From Candidatus Bathyarchaeum tardum (GTDB taxonomy: Archaea; Thermoproteota; Bathyarchaeia; Bathyarchaeales; Bathyarchaeaceae), in assembly GCA_024650005.2 (NCBI GenBank), contig CP122380.1, positions 2,080,001 through 2,144,000 of the forward strand: a stretch of 64,000 nucleotides of DNA, in the 5' to 3' direction. The notes beneath the pieces are model-generated. The model had not been told where the DNA came from. It worked only from the letters and a program-made list of their open reading frames with translations, and did not search any database. How positions within the stretch are numbered: the first letter of the stretch is position 1; every line of letters starts with the position of its first letter. The position numbers and the translations under genes were made by a program. Shown piece by piece: positions 9,543 to 20,510 of the stretch.

Positions 9543-10676
9543 ATGAAAAGCCGAATAATTCCGTTAATTGTAGTGTTTGTTCTTTTGCTTTCAACCATAA
9601 CAACTACAGCTGCTGGAGCAAACTCAAGCCCAAAAACAATCACTGTCCCTGACGATTACAAAACAATCCAAGAAGCAATCGACGCCGCAAACAGTGGTGA
9701 CACCATTGCAGTTAAAGCAGGAATTTACAACGAAGAATGGGTTTCTATAGAAAAATCTGTTTCAGTGATTGGAGACAACCAAAAAAGTGTGCTAAAATAT
9801 CACAGTTCTTTGGGATTAATCGTAACAGCAGATAACGTGCATATTAATGGATTCACTGTAACTGGTTTTGACCCCATGCAAGGTTACGCTATAAGCGTAT
9901 CAGGAGCAAAGGGCTGTGTTATCACAAACAATCAACTAAAAGACAATCTGGTTGGAATCTCGGTTTATGGTGCCTCATCAAGGAACACGGTTTCAGAAAA
10001 CGTTGTAACCCACAACAACCGCTCCATAGAACTCATTAACGCTCACAACAACATGATTACAGAAAACAACATAACAGCTGCATTGATTTCGGGAATTTCC
10101 CTTGATGAATCCACAGGCAACACCATCTCCAAAAACAGGATTTCAGAACTAGCAGATGGAATGGGAGCTCTTATGTTATGGAAATCCTCAAACAACACGG
10201 TAACCAAAAACTTGTTGAATAAAGGAACCTTATCAATTCTGGTTGGCTCCACCGGCAATACAATTTCAGAAAACTTTGTAATAAAAAGCACATACGGCGT
10301 ATACGTCGGACAATCTTCAGGAAACAAATTTTACCGCAACTACTTCCTTGACGTTAACCAGCCAGTGCTTGACAGTCAAACATCTCCAGATTTATTTTCA
10401 GAAAACAGCTGGGACAACGGCATTGAAGGAAACTACTGGAGCGACTACAACGGAACAGACACCGATAATAACGGAATAGGGGATTTTGTGTATCTCCTAT
10501 ATGGAAACAACCAAGACAATTATCCCCTTATGGATTTTCCTGCAATTTCAACAGAACCTGAGGCACTCTCAAAACCCAGTACACAGAATAGGTTACCTTC
10601 AGAAATAATAATAGGAATTGTGGTTATTGCAATCATCATCTCCATTGTAGCAACAATGAAACTGCGGAAAAAATAG
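9543..10676 (+). CDS. NosD/CASH beta-helix surface protein with C-terminal TM anchor
   Basis: ITVPDDYKTIQEAID, GIYNE and WDNGIEGNYWSDY...GIGD motifs. Confidence 0.85.
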   Translation: MKSRIIPLIVVFVLLLSTITTTAAGANSSPKTITVPDDYKTIQEAIDAANSGDTIAVKAGIYNEEWVSIEKSVSVIGDNQKSVLKYHSSLGLIVTADNVHINGFTVTGFDPMQGYAISVSGAKGCVITNNQLKDNLVGISVYGASSRNTVSENVVTHNNRSIELINAHNNMITENNITAALISGISLDESTGNTISKNRISELADGMGALMLWKSSNNTVTKNLLNKGTLSILVGSTGNTISENFVIKSTYGVYVGQSSGNKFYRNYFLDVNQPVLDSQTSPDLFSENSWDNGIEGNYWSDYNGTDTDNNGIGDFVYLLYGNNQDNYPLMDFPAISTEPEALSKPSTQNRLPSEIIIGIVVIAIIISIVATMKLRKK

Positions 10677-10693
10677 TATCAATCAGTTTTTTG

Positions 10694-11494
10694 TTATCTA
10701 TTTTTTCTGAAACCCAACAAAGAACGAACCGAAATGCTGCCATCATGTTTTTTCAGAGCAGCAGTTACGGCTTTTTTGGTTGCAACTGCAATCAATTCAC
10801 CCATTTTTGTGTGTCCACTGGTGCATTGAATGGCTCTTTTAGAACCGGTTCCCGAAACGATGATTACATGGTCGGTTCCTGTTCCAGTAGCCTGCTTTTG
10901 GGGAGTTAAACTGCTTTTGATTTTTAAATCTTGAAGAACAGCAGTTTTTGCTTCAGTTACAGTAATAATTGCCCGTGCCATCGCCGAGTCTGTTAACTTC
11001 GAGTTTGTTAAAACAATGATGTTGATAGTTCCAAGGGGACTAACATATATTCCGTTTCTTTCAGTCCAATCTGCTTTGTCTACACCCATACGAAGGGCGT
11101 TGCCTCCTGTGCCTGCAGAAGCAAAACAACATACTTTGAATTCTTCATAACTTTCTTTGGATAATGCAACGTGTTCCATGTTTACAGCCGTATTCAAAAG
11201 GGCAATTTCTTCAGGAACCAAACCTAACGTCTTGATTACTTTGTGGTCTATGCCTAAATCAAAATCAACGGGCAATTGGTCTCCAAAACTTTTTCGCACT
11301 TGCTCAAACAAACCCCCATCAACGTAAGCGTTACCAACAAAATTTACTTGTTTGAACGACTCTTTGGTAGAAAAAACTCGACGCTGATGCTCAAAAGAAA
11401 CAAGTAAGGTATTAAGCTGGAACCCATCGCAAACATTGTAAACTAGCTTAGCTTTGACACCATCTAAACCGATGTCTATTGGTTTTTCTTTCAT
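10694..11494 (-). CDS. cbiZ: adenosylcobinamide amidohydrolase
   Basis: GTINII, TVTEAK and ATGTGTD motifs. Confidence 0.8.
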   Translation of the reverse strand: MKEKPIDIGLDGVKAKLVYNVCDGFQLNTLLVSFEHQRRVFSTKESFKQVNFVGNAYVDGGLFEQVRKSFGDQLPVDFDLGIDHKVIKTLGLVPEEIALLNTAVNMEHVALSKESYEEFKVCCFASAGTGGNALRMGVDKADWTERNGIYVSPLGTINIIVLTNSKLTDSAMARAIITVTEAKTAVLQDLKIKSSLTPQKQATGTGTDHVIIVSGTGSKRAIQCTSGHTKMGELIAVATKKAVTAALKKHDGSISVRSLLGFRKNR

Positions 11495-11531
11495 TTCTTA
11501 CCCTCCAGACACCCAAAGAGTGAATCTAAAA

Positions 11532-12641
11532 CTAATTATTGGAACCACCAAAAAAGCTTGTTATCTGTTTTTGCTGGTTTTCTTTTCTAGACAGACTGGA
11601 AACAGTAACACCTACCCTTCTCGCTTTTACGTCTGATTCTTCAAAGAATTTTTTGAAAAGTTCTTTCACTTCATCTTTTAGGATTTCCAAACTACTTGTA
11701 GAATTCTCAAAAGTGTTAGACCTGCTATGAACTTCCAGATTATCTCCAACAACTCGTATGGTCACGGTCCTGTAAAGCAACCCTTTAGCCAATAATCGGG
11801 CATGGACATCTTCACAGAGTTGGTAGGCTTTGTTCAAAATAACCGTCAAGTCTTGGGTGTCCTCTTTAAGGGTCGAAATTCTACCAACAGATACGGGATC
11901 ACCCCGTTCTTCAACTGGATCATCATCAATTCCTAGGGCGGCGTTATGAAAATAGGCACCTAGTTTTCTTCCAAAAAGATCTACCAACTGTTGCACGTCA
12001 AACTTAGCCAAATGACCAACAGTATGGACATTCAAAGTTTCAAATTTTTTTTCTGTCTTTTTTCCAACACCAACTAAACTGCGAACAGGCAATGGCGCCA
12101 AAAAACTAAGCACATATTCGGGAGGAACAACAGTTAACCCGTCTGGTTTTTGGTAATCAGCAGCAATTTTAGCTACAAGCTTGTTTGGTCCAACCCCTAC
12201 AGAACAAGTAAGTTGCTGTTGGCTGAAAACTTCATTTTTGATTGTTTTTGCCAACTTTTTAGCCCTTAAGTAACTGCCCCGGGTTTTTTGAGTTACATCC
12301 AAGTATGCTTCATCTACACTAACTTGCTCAAAACGGTCAGCGTAACTTCGCAATACATCCATTATGCGGTCTGAAATTTGCCCATAAAAGGGTTTGTCTA
12401 CAGGCAAAAACACGGAATCTACGCCTTCAAGTCGTTTTTTAGCAAGAGAAATGGGAATTCCAGATTTAACCCCATATTGTCGGGCTACATAATTTGCTGT
12501 GCTTACTGCTCCGCTGTCTTGGGTTCGCCCAGAATACACACAGACAACAACTGGTTTGCCTTTTATGGAAGGATTTCGGCGTTCTTCACATTGAGCAAAG
12601 AAATAATCCAAATCAACCAACATCACAATTCTGGCATGCAA
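11532..12641 (-). CDS. dinB: Y-family DNA polymerase IV (Dpo4/DinB)
   Basis: VDLDYFFAQCE, ANYVAR, SVDEAYLD and KPDGL motifs; C-terminal PIP box QKQITSFF. Confidence 0.95.
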   Translation of the reverse strand: MHARIVMLVDLDYFFAQCEERRNPSIKGKPVVVCVYSGRTQDSGAVSTANYVARQYGVKSGIPISLAKKRLEGVDSVFLPVDKPFYGQISDRIMDVLRSYADRFEQVSVDEAYLDVTQKTRGSYLRAKKLAKTIKNEVFSQQQLTCSVGVGPNKLVAKIAADYQKPDGLTVVPPEYVLSFLAPLPVRSLVGVGKKTEKKFETLNVHTVGHLAKFDVQQLVDLFGRKLGAYFHNAALGIDDDPVEERGDPVSVGRISTLKEDTQDLTVILNKAYQLCEDVHARLLAKGLLYRTVTIRVVGDNLEVHSRSNTFENSTSSLEILKDEVKELFKKFFEESDVKARRVGVTVSSLSRKENQQKQITSFFGGSNN

Positions 12642-12779
12642 AATTTGGCAGCCCCATTAAACCAGTAAACACTAGATAAACTTTGAGAGTTGGAAGTTAA
12701 TAAACACTCCAAAAATAACAAACCATTCTTTTGTTTTCTATTAGAACAAGTTATATTATCAGACAGCTCAGTAATAATC

Positions 12780-13184
12780 ATGAATGCATGTATTCTATAT
12801 TACTCACAAACAGGGAACACCAAAAAATTTGCAGAAAAAATATCAAATTCTCTAAAAATTCCCACAACATATGACATGACAAGCAATGACGCCTCCGTTG
12901 CAAAACAACATGACATAATAATTCTTGGAACCCCAGTTCACGGATTTAATCCCTCAAAAGAATCTATAGAGTTTGTGAAACAGTTACCAGAAGGCAACGG
13001 AAAAAAAACAATCTTGTTCTGCACATACAGACTATGGAAAGGCAGAGTCTTTAGCAAACTGAAAGGCGAACTCAAAAAGAGGGGATATAGCACTATTTTG
13101 TGTGTTTCAGCAAAAGCTAAAGAATTCACTGACGCTGACTTTATTGCTCCTGTGCAAAAGATTGTAGAAACAATAAAAGAGTGA
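12780..13184 (+). CDS. flavodoxin family protein
   Basis: YYSQTGNTKKFA FMN-binding loop; LGTPV. Confidence 0.85.
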   Translation: MNACILYYSQTGNTKKFAEKISNSLKIPTTYDMTSNDASVAKQHDIIILGTPVHGFNPSKESIEFVKQLPEGNGKKTILFCTYRLWKGRVFSKLKGELKKRGYSTILCVSAKAKEFTDADFIAPVQKIVETIKE

Positions 13185-13195
13185 AAAAAGAGCCC

Positions 13196-15445
13196 CTACT
13201 TGTCTTGGACCGATTCTTCGTCGGTGTTAACCAAGGATTCTCGCAGGTAATCGTCTAAAGTTTCCCCTGGAACTACTTCGATGCTGTAGTCTTGAGGCTC
13301 AATAGAATGCTTGTAGTTCTTTGCTGGAACTATAACTTTTTTGAAGCCCCACATTTCTGCTGCTTTAATTTTTTCGTGAACTCCGCCAACTGCAGTAACA
13401 GGAACCACGTCGTGAACTCCAACATTAATTTCTCCGGTAACTGCGACGTCTTGCCTGATGGGTTTACCCTCTAACAAGGAACAAAGAAGAATAGTCATGG
13501 TTACTCCTGCGCTTGGTCCGTCTACACGATAAGCCTGAGCAAAATCAATGTGTGTAAAGAATTCTTGGGCAATATCAACACCGTATTTTTGTAAAATTAC
13601 ACTTCGGACTTTGCATACACTATCGGCGATGAACTGTTCTTGTCCTTCTTTGGCAATTCCGGTAACATTGTAGTAACCACGCAGGGATTTGTCAAATCGT
13701 TTGTCCCGTTTTTCTAAGAAGCCTTTGACAGCAAGAACGTTTCCAGTCATTTCTCCACTGTATGAATCTTTGACTACAGCAACACCATAAATCTGCCCTA
13801 ACTTGGAACCTTCGGGACTGATATCCAAAAGTTGTCCCCGTTCGCTCATTTGATGTTCAAGAATCTGTTTTTGGATCGTTTTACAGTGATTCTCAATGGC
13901 TTCTTTTACGTGCTTCGCTTCGACAAACTTTAGGTCTTCGTTCATGGCCAAAGTGCCTGCTGTTTTCACTATGGAAATCATTGGCCGAAGTTTAGTGGAC
14001 AAGGCATTGTTTTTATTGCTTCTTCTGCGACCTTCGTTAATTATTTCTTCACAGGCTTCTTTGCTGAAAGGAAGCAGCCTAAAACGAGAAACCTCTTGGG
14101 CAATAAACTGAACATACTTGCGGCGGTTCTCCATAGTGTTAGGCATGGTATTGTTCATGCGCACTACTTTGCCGTAACCATATATTCGATCCATCAACGC
14201 GGGATGAACTTGCCCGATGCTGTCGTAGTTCCCGGCACCCACTAAAAAGCACATACAAGGCACAGGTTCAGTAGCTACAGACATTGCTGCTGTTCCGCTT
14301 GCTCCCCCTAATCGGCTGCGCATAGTTATCGGTAACTGACCATCCTCTAAAACAGTCAACAAAGTAATTGCTTCATCAGGTGCCATGTTTTTTATTTCGT
14401 CAATGTATAAGATGCCTTGATGAGCACGGTGAACCCCACCGGCGGTTACTCTTTGATGTTCAGGAGTTCCCATTCCTCCAGTCTGGAAGGGATCCCATGC
14501 AATACTTCCAAACAGTTGAGCAGAGCCATGTCCAGTGGCATCAATAAAAGGCGCAGCTTTTTTGGAGTTGTCAACTATGAGTTTTGGAACCTTAGAAGAT
14601 TTTGCTCCCCCAATTCCTTTGGCGCCCCCCATTATGCCGAATCGTCCTAGCACTGTTACTAGAATCAGGAACATGAGCATCATTCCTGCCGGCAGAAAAG
14701 TTGTAGTTCCAATGGCCACGAAATTGTCTAACATGAAACTACCGAAGTTGCCATTGTACACAGTTTGAACAGGCTCACCAAAGGCGCCGGGCACGTTCAT
14801 GTCCCATGCAAGTTTTTCTTGCCAAAGGTAATAGAAGCCTGCAAACATGAAAATTGAAGCAACAATAATCATCAAATAGATTATTGCTTTTACTCCAATG
14901 CGTTGAAGGAACTGCCGTTTTGCTTCTTTGAGTTTTTGTTTTAAAAGAATTTTTTTCCCGTCACCTGCAGGGTGGGAAGAAATTTTTGGTTCACCTGGAA
15001 TGATGTCATTTTGCCAGCATACTACATCTTGGAGTTTAATGTCTTCTTTTTTGTAAAGTTCAGTTAAATGAACCGAAAGGGCACGACCAATCAAAGATTT
15101 ACCCGTGCCGGGATCTCCAAGCAAAAGCAAATATGGACCAGGAGGAGCAGTTTTTGTTACATTGGGTTTTTCTTTGTCGGGGTCTGTCCATGCGTCGTAC
15201 CATTTTTCTTGCTTGAGGTTTTTTAGTTTGTGAACCCATTCTTCTAAACAAAGATAACACTCATCAAGGGCACGTTCTTGCCCGATAACCCATTCAAGAA
15301 GATTATCAGAAACGGGATAACCCTTAGTGGACTCAAAATTTTTCCAGTCCCAGTTTTTGCCCCTGATAACTTCTGTATCTTCCCCGAAGTAGTCCAAGTT
15401 CTTAACTCCTGCCTTTTTTTGACTAGCAACATGTGCAGTTTGCAC
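13196..15445 (-). CDS. lonB: membrane-anchored archaeal Lon protease (LonB)
   Basis: VIGQE, Walker A GDPGTGKS, TM insert, Walker B LYIDEI, catalytic DGPSAG and VHEK. Confidence 0.92.
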   Translation of the reverse strand: MQTAHVASQKKAGVKNLDYFGEDTEVIRGKNWDWKNFESTKGYPVSDNLLEWVIGQERALDECYLCLEEWVHKLKNLKQEKWYDAWTDPDKEKPNVTKTAPPGPYLLLLGDPGTGKSLIGRALSVHLTELYKKEDIKLQDVVCWQNDIIPGEPKISSHPAGDGKKILLKQKLKEAKRQFLQRIGVKAIIYLMIIVASIFMFAGFYYLWQEKLAWDMNVPGAFGEPVQTVYNGNFGSFMLDNFVAIGTTTFLPAGMMLMFLILVTVLGRFGIMGGAKGIGGAKSSKVPKLIVDNSKKAAPFIDATGHGSAQLFGSIAWDPFQTGGMGTPEHQRVTAGGVHRAHQGILYIDEIKNMAPDEAITLLTVLEDGQLPITMRSRLGGASGTAAMSVATEPVPCMCFLVGAGNYDSIGQVHPALMDRIYGYGKVVRMNNTMPNTMENRRKYVQFIAQEVSRFRLLPFSKEACEEIINEGRRRSNKNNALSTKLRPMISIVKTAGTLAMNEDLKFVEAKHVKEAIENHCKTIQKQILEHQMSERGQLLDISPEGSKLGQIYGVAVVKDSYSGEMTGNVLAVKGFLEKRDKRFDKSLRGYYNVTGIAKEGQEQFIADSVCKVRSVILQKYGVDIAQEFFTHIDFAQAYRVDGPSAGVTMTILLCSLLEGKPIRQDVAVTGEINVGVHDVVPVTAVGGVHEKIKAAEMWGFKKVIVPAKNYKHSIEPQDYSIEVVPGETLDDYLRESLVNTDEESVQDK

Positions 15446-15638
15446 GTACCTTGATTATAGCCCGTGCTGTCCTGAAACTGAAAAACAATAAATGAAAAGA
15501 TAAACTGCTATTACCAAAAGCAAAACATTCCGAAACGGTAGTATAGTTGCCATTTCTGGGTTAGTTTTTGTGCAAGAAGATTTTATTAGTGAGTTGGTTT
15601 GGAACTGTTAGTTACAAGGTAATTGGATGTAAACCAGG

Positions 15639-16439
15639 ATGAAAAACAACATTGCAGTTATTGGCGCAGGCGTAATTGGCGGTTCTGTTACAAAGAGCCT
15701 TTTGAAAAGTGGACATAAAGGCAAAATTACAGTAGCCGACGTTCAACTGGAAAAAGCTAATGAACTAGAAAACATGGGTGCAGTATTAACCAGTGATAAT
15801 AAAAAGGCAGCAAAAAATGCTGATGTTGTTTTTTTGTGTGTGAAACCAAACATCTTAAAGTCAGTTTTAGAAGAAATCAGCAAAGAAGTTGAAGGCAAAC
15901 TTGTGGTTTCTACAGCTGCAGCGGTTACTGTTCAGTTCTGTAAACGGGTAGCACCTAAAGCCCGTATTGTAAGAGTAATGCCTAATGTTGCTATTTCGGT
16001 GCAAGAATCTTTCACTGCTTATTGTTGTGACAACGATGTAACTGAGCAAGACAAGCAAACTATCAAAACATTTCTGGATTTGATGGGAAAATCCATGGAA
16101 ATTGATGAAAAATACATGGATGCAGTAACTGCAGTCAGTGGAAGCGGACCGGGATACCTTTCAATTATTGTAGAGGCTCTAGCCTACGCGGGCTTAAAAG
16201 TTGGTTTGCCCCGAGATTTGGCGTTGCAAAGTGCAGCTCAAGCAGTTTTGGGAACTGCAAAACTTGTTTTAGAAACAGGACTAAGTCCTGCTCAGATACG
16301 GGACAATGTTACAACTCCAGGTGGAACCACCATTGAGGCAATTTATGAAGTTGAAGGCAGCCAGATCAGGCAAGCTTTAGTTCGAGCTGTTGAAGCAGCA
16401 ACCAAAAAGAGTGAAACCATCAGAAAAAACTGGGAATAA
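15639..16439 (+). CDS. proC: pyrroline-5-carboxylate reductase
   Basis: IGAGVIG, RVMPN, TAVSGSGP and VTTPGGTT motifs. Confidence 0.95.
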   Translation: MKNNIAVIGAGVIGGSVTKSLLKSGHKGKITVADVQLEKANELENMGAVLTSDNKKAAKNADVVFLCVKPNILKSVLEEISKEVEGKLVVSTAAAVTVQFCKRVAPKARIVRVMPNVAISVQESFTAYCCDNDVTEQDKQTIKTFLDLMGKSMEIDEKYMDAVTAVSGSGPGYLSIIVEALAYAGLKVGLPRDLALQSAAQAVLGTAKLVLETGLSPAQIRDNVTTPGGTTIEAIYEVEGSQIRQALVRAVEAATKKSETIRKNWE

Positions 16440-16490
16440 CCATTTAGTTAACCAAAAAGTTAATCCAATAAAAAAAGAAAAGTGAATACC

Positions 16491-17015
16491 ATGTCAAAAG
16501 AACAAATTGTAGTTTTAATGGGTTCTCCCCGAGATCTTCCTTTTGCTTCCAAAATTAAAGAGTTTTTGGAAAAACAAAAGTTTCCAGTAGATTGTGTATA
16601 TACTGTTGCTTCGGCACATCGGACACCAGAAAAACTGTTAAAGGAACTCAAAGAATACGAAAAATGTAGTGTGCCCCTTGTTTACATTACAGTTGCAGGA
16701 TTATCTGACGCCCTTTCAGGAGTAGTTGCAGGGACAACCGTTCATCCAGTTATTGCATGCCCTCCAGACTCTGACCAACACGGAGGAGCCAAAGTGTTTT
16801 CTTCCACTGCAATGCCTACTGGAGTTCCTGTTGCATACGTTGTTAAACCAGAAAATGCTGCGTTAGTAGCGTTACGAATTTTTGCCATAGCTAATCCAGA
16901 ACTCCAAAAGTCCCTAGACAAGTATAACAAAAAAATGGCTAAAGCAATCTACGATGGCGACGAAGAAGTAAAAAAAGTAACACAAAAAAAACACGTTAAC
17001 CGCCTTGCAGTTTAA
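16491..17015 (+). CDS. purE: N5-CAIR mutase / AIR carboxylase
   Basis: MGSPRD, VASAHRTPE, AGLSDAL and PVIACP motifs. Confidence 0.9.
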   Translation: MSKEQIVVLMGSPRDLPFASKIKEFLEKQKFPVDCVYTVASAHRTPEKLLKELKEYEKCSVPLVYITVAGLSDALSGVVAGTTVHPVIACPPDSDQHGGAKVFSSTAMPTGVPVAYVVKPENAALVALRIFAIANPELQKSLDKYNKKMAKAIYDGDEEVKKVTQKKHVNRLAV

Positions 17016-17143
17016 CTAAAGATCTTAGATTATTCACGGAACCATTAAGGAACAAATCTTGTGTTCCTTTGGAATTCCAGAAAAAAAACCGGTTTCCAAC
17101 AAAGTTGCATCTATTAATTAGTAATAGGAACTGTTGACTAGAT

Positions 17144-18529
17144 TTAATTCACCGTTTTCTTAAATTCCAAAAGTTCCTTGAGAGTATGTATTTCGATAAG
17201 ATTGCTTGAATGGGGCATTTTTGTTCGAAAGGCAGCAGTGAACAATACCAGATCTTCGATGTGCAGCAGTTCCATTTTGTGCAGTTTAATTGCAACAGAC
17301 ATTAACCGGTCGTCTTTGTTAGTGTAATCGTAGTGTACTGGAACAACCCCGTAGACTAGCTCAAGTTGCTTTTTGATTTGCAGGTTTGGGGTAACCGCGA
17401 TTATGGGACTTTCAATTTTAAAACGAGAAATCATTTTTGCAGTATAACCAGACCGTGTTAAAGTTACAATTTTTGTTATAGGCATGCTAGTGCAAATCTT
17501 GTGTATAGACCAACTTACGGTGTCGGAAATGTTAACAAAACCTAGTTTTCGCACTGAATTTCGGGTTGCTTTTTGAGCTTCTACTGCGATTCTTGCCATC
17601 ATCTCTACTGCATCTACAGGATATTTTCCAACTGCGGTTTCTCCTGAAAGCATAGTTGCATCTGTTCCATCTAATATGGCGTTAGCTACGTCGCTAACTT
17701 CGGCGCGGGTTGGATTTGGGTTATGCATCATGGATTCCAGCATTTCTGTAGCAGTAACTACGGGTTTCCCTTCTTGGTTGCACATTCGGATTAACGATTT
17801 TTGAACTAAAGGCACTTTTTCGGAATCAATTTCTACGCCTAAGTCCCCTCGGGCAATCATTATAGCATCGGATGCTTCTAAAATTTCTTTAAAGTTTGTT
17901 ATGCCTTCAAAATTTTCAATTTTAGAAAGAACAGCCCCTTCAAAACCTTTTGCTGCTGACCGCAGTTTTGTTATATCTTTGGCGTTTCGGGTAAAAGATA
18001 AAGCCAAAAACTCTGCATGATATTTTTTGGCAAAGTCTATAATTTTTTTGTCCCGCTGTGAAAGGGTTGGAACACCAAGAATCTTGTTTGGAACGTTAAC
18101 TCCTTTGCCGTTAGATATTATGCCTCCACGTTCCACCAATAAAACTAAAGATTTATTGTCTTTTTCGATAACTGCAGTTTTGATTTTGCCGTTGTCAATG
18201 TAAACTATGTCCCCAATGTTCATTTCGGCAATAATGTTGTGATTAAAACTGATGGATTCGCCACTAAAACCAACGTATAGCTTGTCACCTATATTGACTA
18301 TTTGTTGGTCTTCTGTTCTTAACCGAATTTCGGGACCTTTTATATCAATCATTATGGGCAGGTCAGATAATTTTCGAATATTATCAACACTTTGCTTGTA
18401 GCTTTCAAGGTCACCGTATGCGGTGTTTATTCTAACACAGTTCATGCCTGCTTGGAGCATTCCCTTTAAAGTTTCAGTTTCAACACTAGCCGGACCAATC
18501 GTGCATACGATTTTGGGTTTCTTTAGCAA
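17144..18529 (-). CDS. pyk: pyruvate kinase
   Basis: KIVCTIGPAS, DIKGPEIR, IMIARGDLGVE and DGTDATMLSGETA motifs. Confidence 0.97.
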   Translation of the reverse strand: MLKKPKIVCTIGPASVETETLKGMLQAGMNCVRINTAYGDLESYKQSVDNIRKLSDLPIMIDIKGPEIRLRTEDQQIVNIGDKLYVGFSGESISFNHNIIAEMNIGDIVYIDNGKIKTAVIEKDNKSLVLLVERGGIISNGKGVNVPNKILGVPTLSQRDKKIIDFAKKYHAEFLALSFTRNAKDITKLRSAAKGFEGAVLSKIENFEGITNFKEILEASDAIMIARGDLGVEIDSEKVPLVQKSLIRMCNQEGKPVVTATEMLESMMHNPNPTRAEVSDVANAILDGTDATMLSGETAVGKYPVDAVEMMARIAVEAQKATRNSVRKLGFVNISDTVSWSIHKICTSMPITKIVTLTRSGYTAKMISRFKIESPIIAVTPNLQIKKQLELVYGVVPVHYDYTNKDDRLMSVAIKLHKMELLHIEDLVLFTAAFRTKMPHSSNLIEIHTLKELLEFKKTVN

Positions 18530-18562
18530 CTAACCTGTCACCTAAAATATGAAAAGGGGTTT

Positions 18563-19357
18563 TCAACGTTTAAACTTTGAAAGAATTAATGTAACAACTA
18601 TTGCAACTGCAAGAACTGCTATGACAATTTCAGAGACCAAAACGATGTTTTCGTATTCTGCTTGTTTAGACAAGATACCAAATAGTGCCCAGATGACTAC
18701 ACCACAGAAGGCGACGTCTTTTCGTAACACTAACATAGCAAGGGACAACAGCAACGCAACACAGATTATCAGAACGGCCCAAGTTGAAGCTTCGATTCCA
18801 AATCCGTCCCAGCCTATTGCAGTTAAAGCTACAGAAATGTTTGCGATGGTTGCGATGCTTATCCAGCCCAAATAAACACTGAAAGGCAAATGAACAAGAA
18901 CCATTTCTTTGATCGATACTGCTGCTCTGCCGATGTCTAAGCGTCTGTAGACTAGAATTAGACTTGTCAGCAACCCCAGCATCAGAATTACACTGTAGGT
19001 AACGAAATCGTAATGCCAAAGAACCAGCCAAACAATGTTGAAGATGCTGCTTAATCCGAAGAACCAACTAACTTGACCAAGAAACGGTTTGTCCCTGTTT
19101 TTGGGTAACGCTTGATAGATAACAAACAACGCCAGAAGAATGTAGATTACACTCCAAATAGCAAAAGTGAACCCCGCAGGAGTAACCAAGGTAGGGTACA
19201 TGTCTGAAACATCGGCGCTAGTAACTCCTCCAATAATTGTAGTGCTGCCAGCTAACCCGTTTACAATTAAAGTTACTATGTAGGCGACAATGTTGACTGC
19301 CTGAAACACAACAGGTCGATTCAACATAATAAAAGTACAATATGCACCATTGTTCAT
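18563..19357 (-). CDS. TspO/MBR-related tryptophan-rich membrane protein
   Basis: VTPAGFTFAIWSVIY and PFSVYLGWISIATIAN motifs; multiple TM segments. Confidence 0.8.
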   Translation of the reverse strand: MNNGAYCTFIMLNRPVVFQAVNIVAYIVTLIVNGLAGSTTIIGGVTSADVSDMYPTLVTPAGFTFAIWSVIYILLALFVIYQALPKNRDKPFLGQVSWFFGLSSIFNIVWLVLWHYDFVTYSVILMLGLLTSLILVYRRLDIGRAAVSIKEMVLVHLPFSVYLGWISIATIANISVALTAIGWDGFGIEASTWAVLIICVALLLSLAMLVLRKDVAFCGVVIWALFGILSKQAEYENIVLVSEIVIAVLAVAIVVTLILSKFKR

Positions 19358-19485
19358 ATAACAATTTGCACAGCAATTTATTTAGCACAAAAGTTGAGAT
19401 TCAAAAAATCAAACATAAAAAAACAAACATTTGCGACTCACCAAAATGTTGATACAACAACCATTTAAAAAAAAAACAATAGAAG

Positions 19486-19518
19486 TAGTTGTTTTTTGTT
19501 ACAGGTAAAAAACAACTA
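19486..19518. repeat. 12-bp perfect inverted repeat
   Basis: TAGTTGTTTTTT-N9-AAAAAACAACTA. Confidence 0.7.
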
Positions 19519-19584
19519 TTACTAATTTAAAGAAAGCATCAAAACATGTTTGGCAGTTGAACAAGATTTTAAAAAAATGCAAGT

Positions 19585-19625
19585 TTTGTTGTTGTTGGGG
19601 GGTAGGGGGGGTCAACAACAACAAA
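19585..19625. repeat. 13-bp perfect inverted repeat enclosing a G-rich loop
   Basis: TTTGTTGTTGTTG-GGGGGTAGGGGGGGT-CAACAACAACAAA. Confidence 0.75.
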
Positions 19626-20158
19626 TTGGTTCATTTTAAGTATTTGAGTTAGTTTAACATCAAGGTAGTTTATATTATCAGAGTTGTGACCTTGCAAACA
19701 TGAAATAGTCTTTTGAAGGTCGATAACTTCAATTAAAGTTTACAATTATTTAATTAATATATACTGAATTAATCACGAATACTGTGGAGATAAATATTTT
19801 GTATGTTAGTGCAACATTGAAAACTTCAAAGAATGGACTAAACTCAATGAAGTATTATCCAATCATCATTTAATTTCCAAGAAAGTCGTTTACAGTGCAA
19901 CTTCTAATTTTAAGGGTACACTTTCTATTTGGGTTCCTTTGCGTGTTATGAGTTTTAAGCGAATGATGTTTTCAGAGATTAGTTCAGTTTGGGTTGTTGG
20001 TTCTTTTGTTGGTGTTGGTTTGGTTTTTTGTTTGGTTTGAATTATGCATATTTTGTATCAAGACGACGAGTGAACTTCAATCCAGTACTAGAAAATAATC
20101 CAAAAATTATTTGCACTAACATGATGATAATCAGCGTTTGGTTAATTCCATTGTTAGT

Positions 20159-20353
20159 TTATGCACCTTTTGGAAGCCAAGAATGGTAATTATTTTTTGA
20201 TTCTTCAGGGAAATATTCTTTGGATTTTTCTTCTTTTTTCTCGACTGGTTTATTGCAATATGGGCAGTCCTTCGGAAGTTCTGCACCCATGTCCCACTGA
20301 AATTTGGTGAGGCTAACATTACGCTTACATTTTGGACATTGTTTATTTGGCAA
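20159..20353 (-). CDS. small Zn-ribbon protein
   Basis: CPKC...CPYC; AAGGGG RBS-like sequence upstream. Confidence 0.55.
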   Translation of the reverse strand: MPNKQCPKCKRNVSLTKFQWDMGAELPKDCPYCNKPVEKKEEKSKEYFPEESKNNYHSWLPKGA

Positions 20354-20510
20354 AATTCTATGTTCCCCTTTATGTTTTTAATTTTAAGCTCGTCTAAACC
20401 AGCTCATTAACAACATTATGGGCTATGAAGTATTTATCAAGTCGTACAAAAAACCCAGTGTATAATAGAAATTTAAGATTGTTTATTGTTAAATTTTGTA
20501 GAATACTACT

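Noticed and set aside
17052-17075. AAGGAACA...TGTTCCTT hairpin between purE and pyk
   Set aside because: Sits between convergent genes; best explained as an ordinary terminator-like structure
19400-19650. Chromosomal replication origin (AT-rich DNA plus G-string)
   Set aside because: No TTCCAxTGGAAA-type ORB repeats and no adjacent orc1/cdc6 gene
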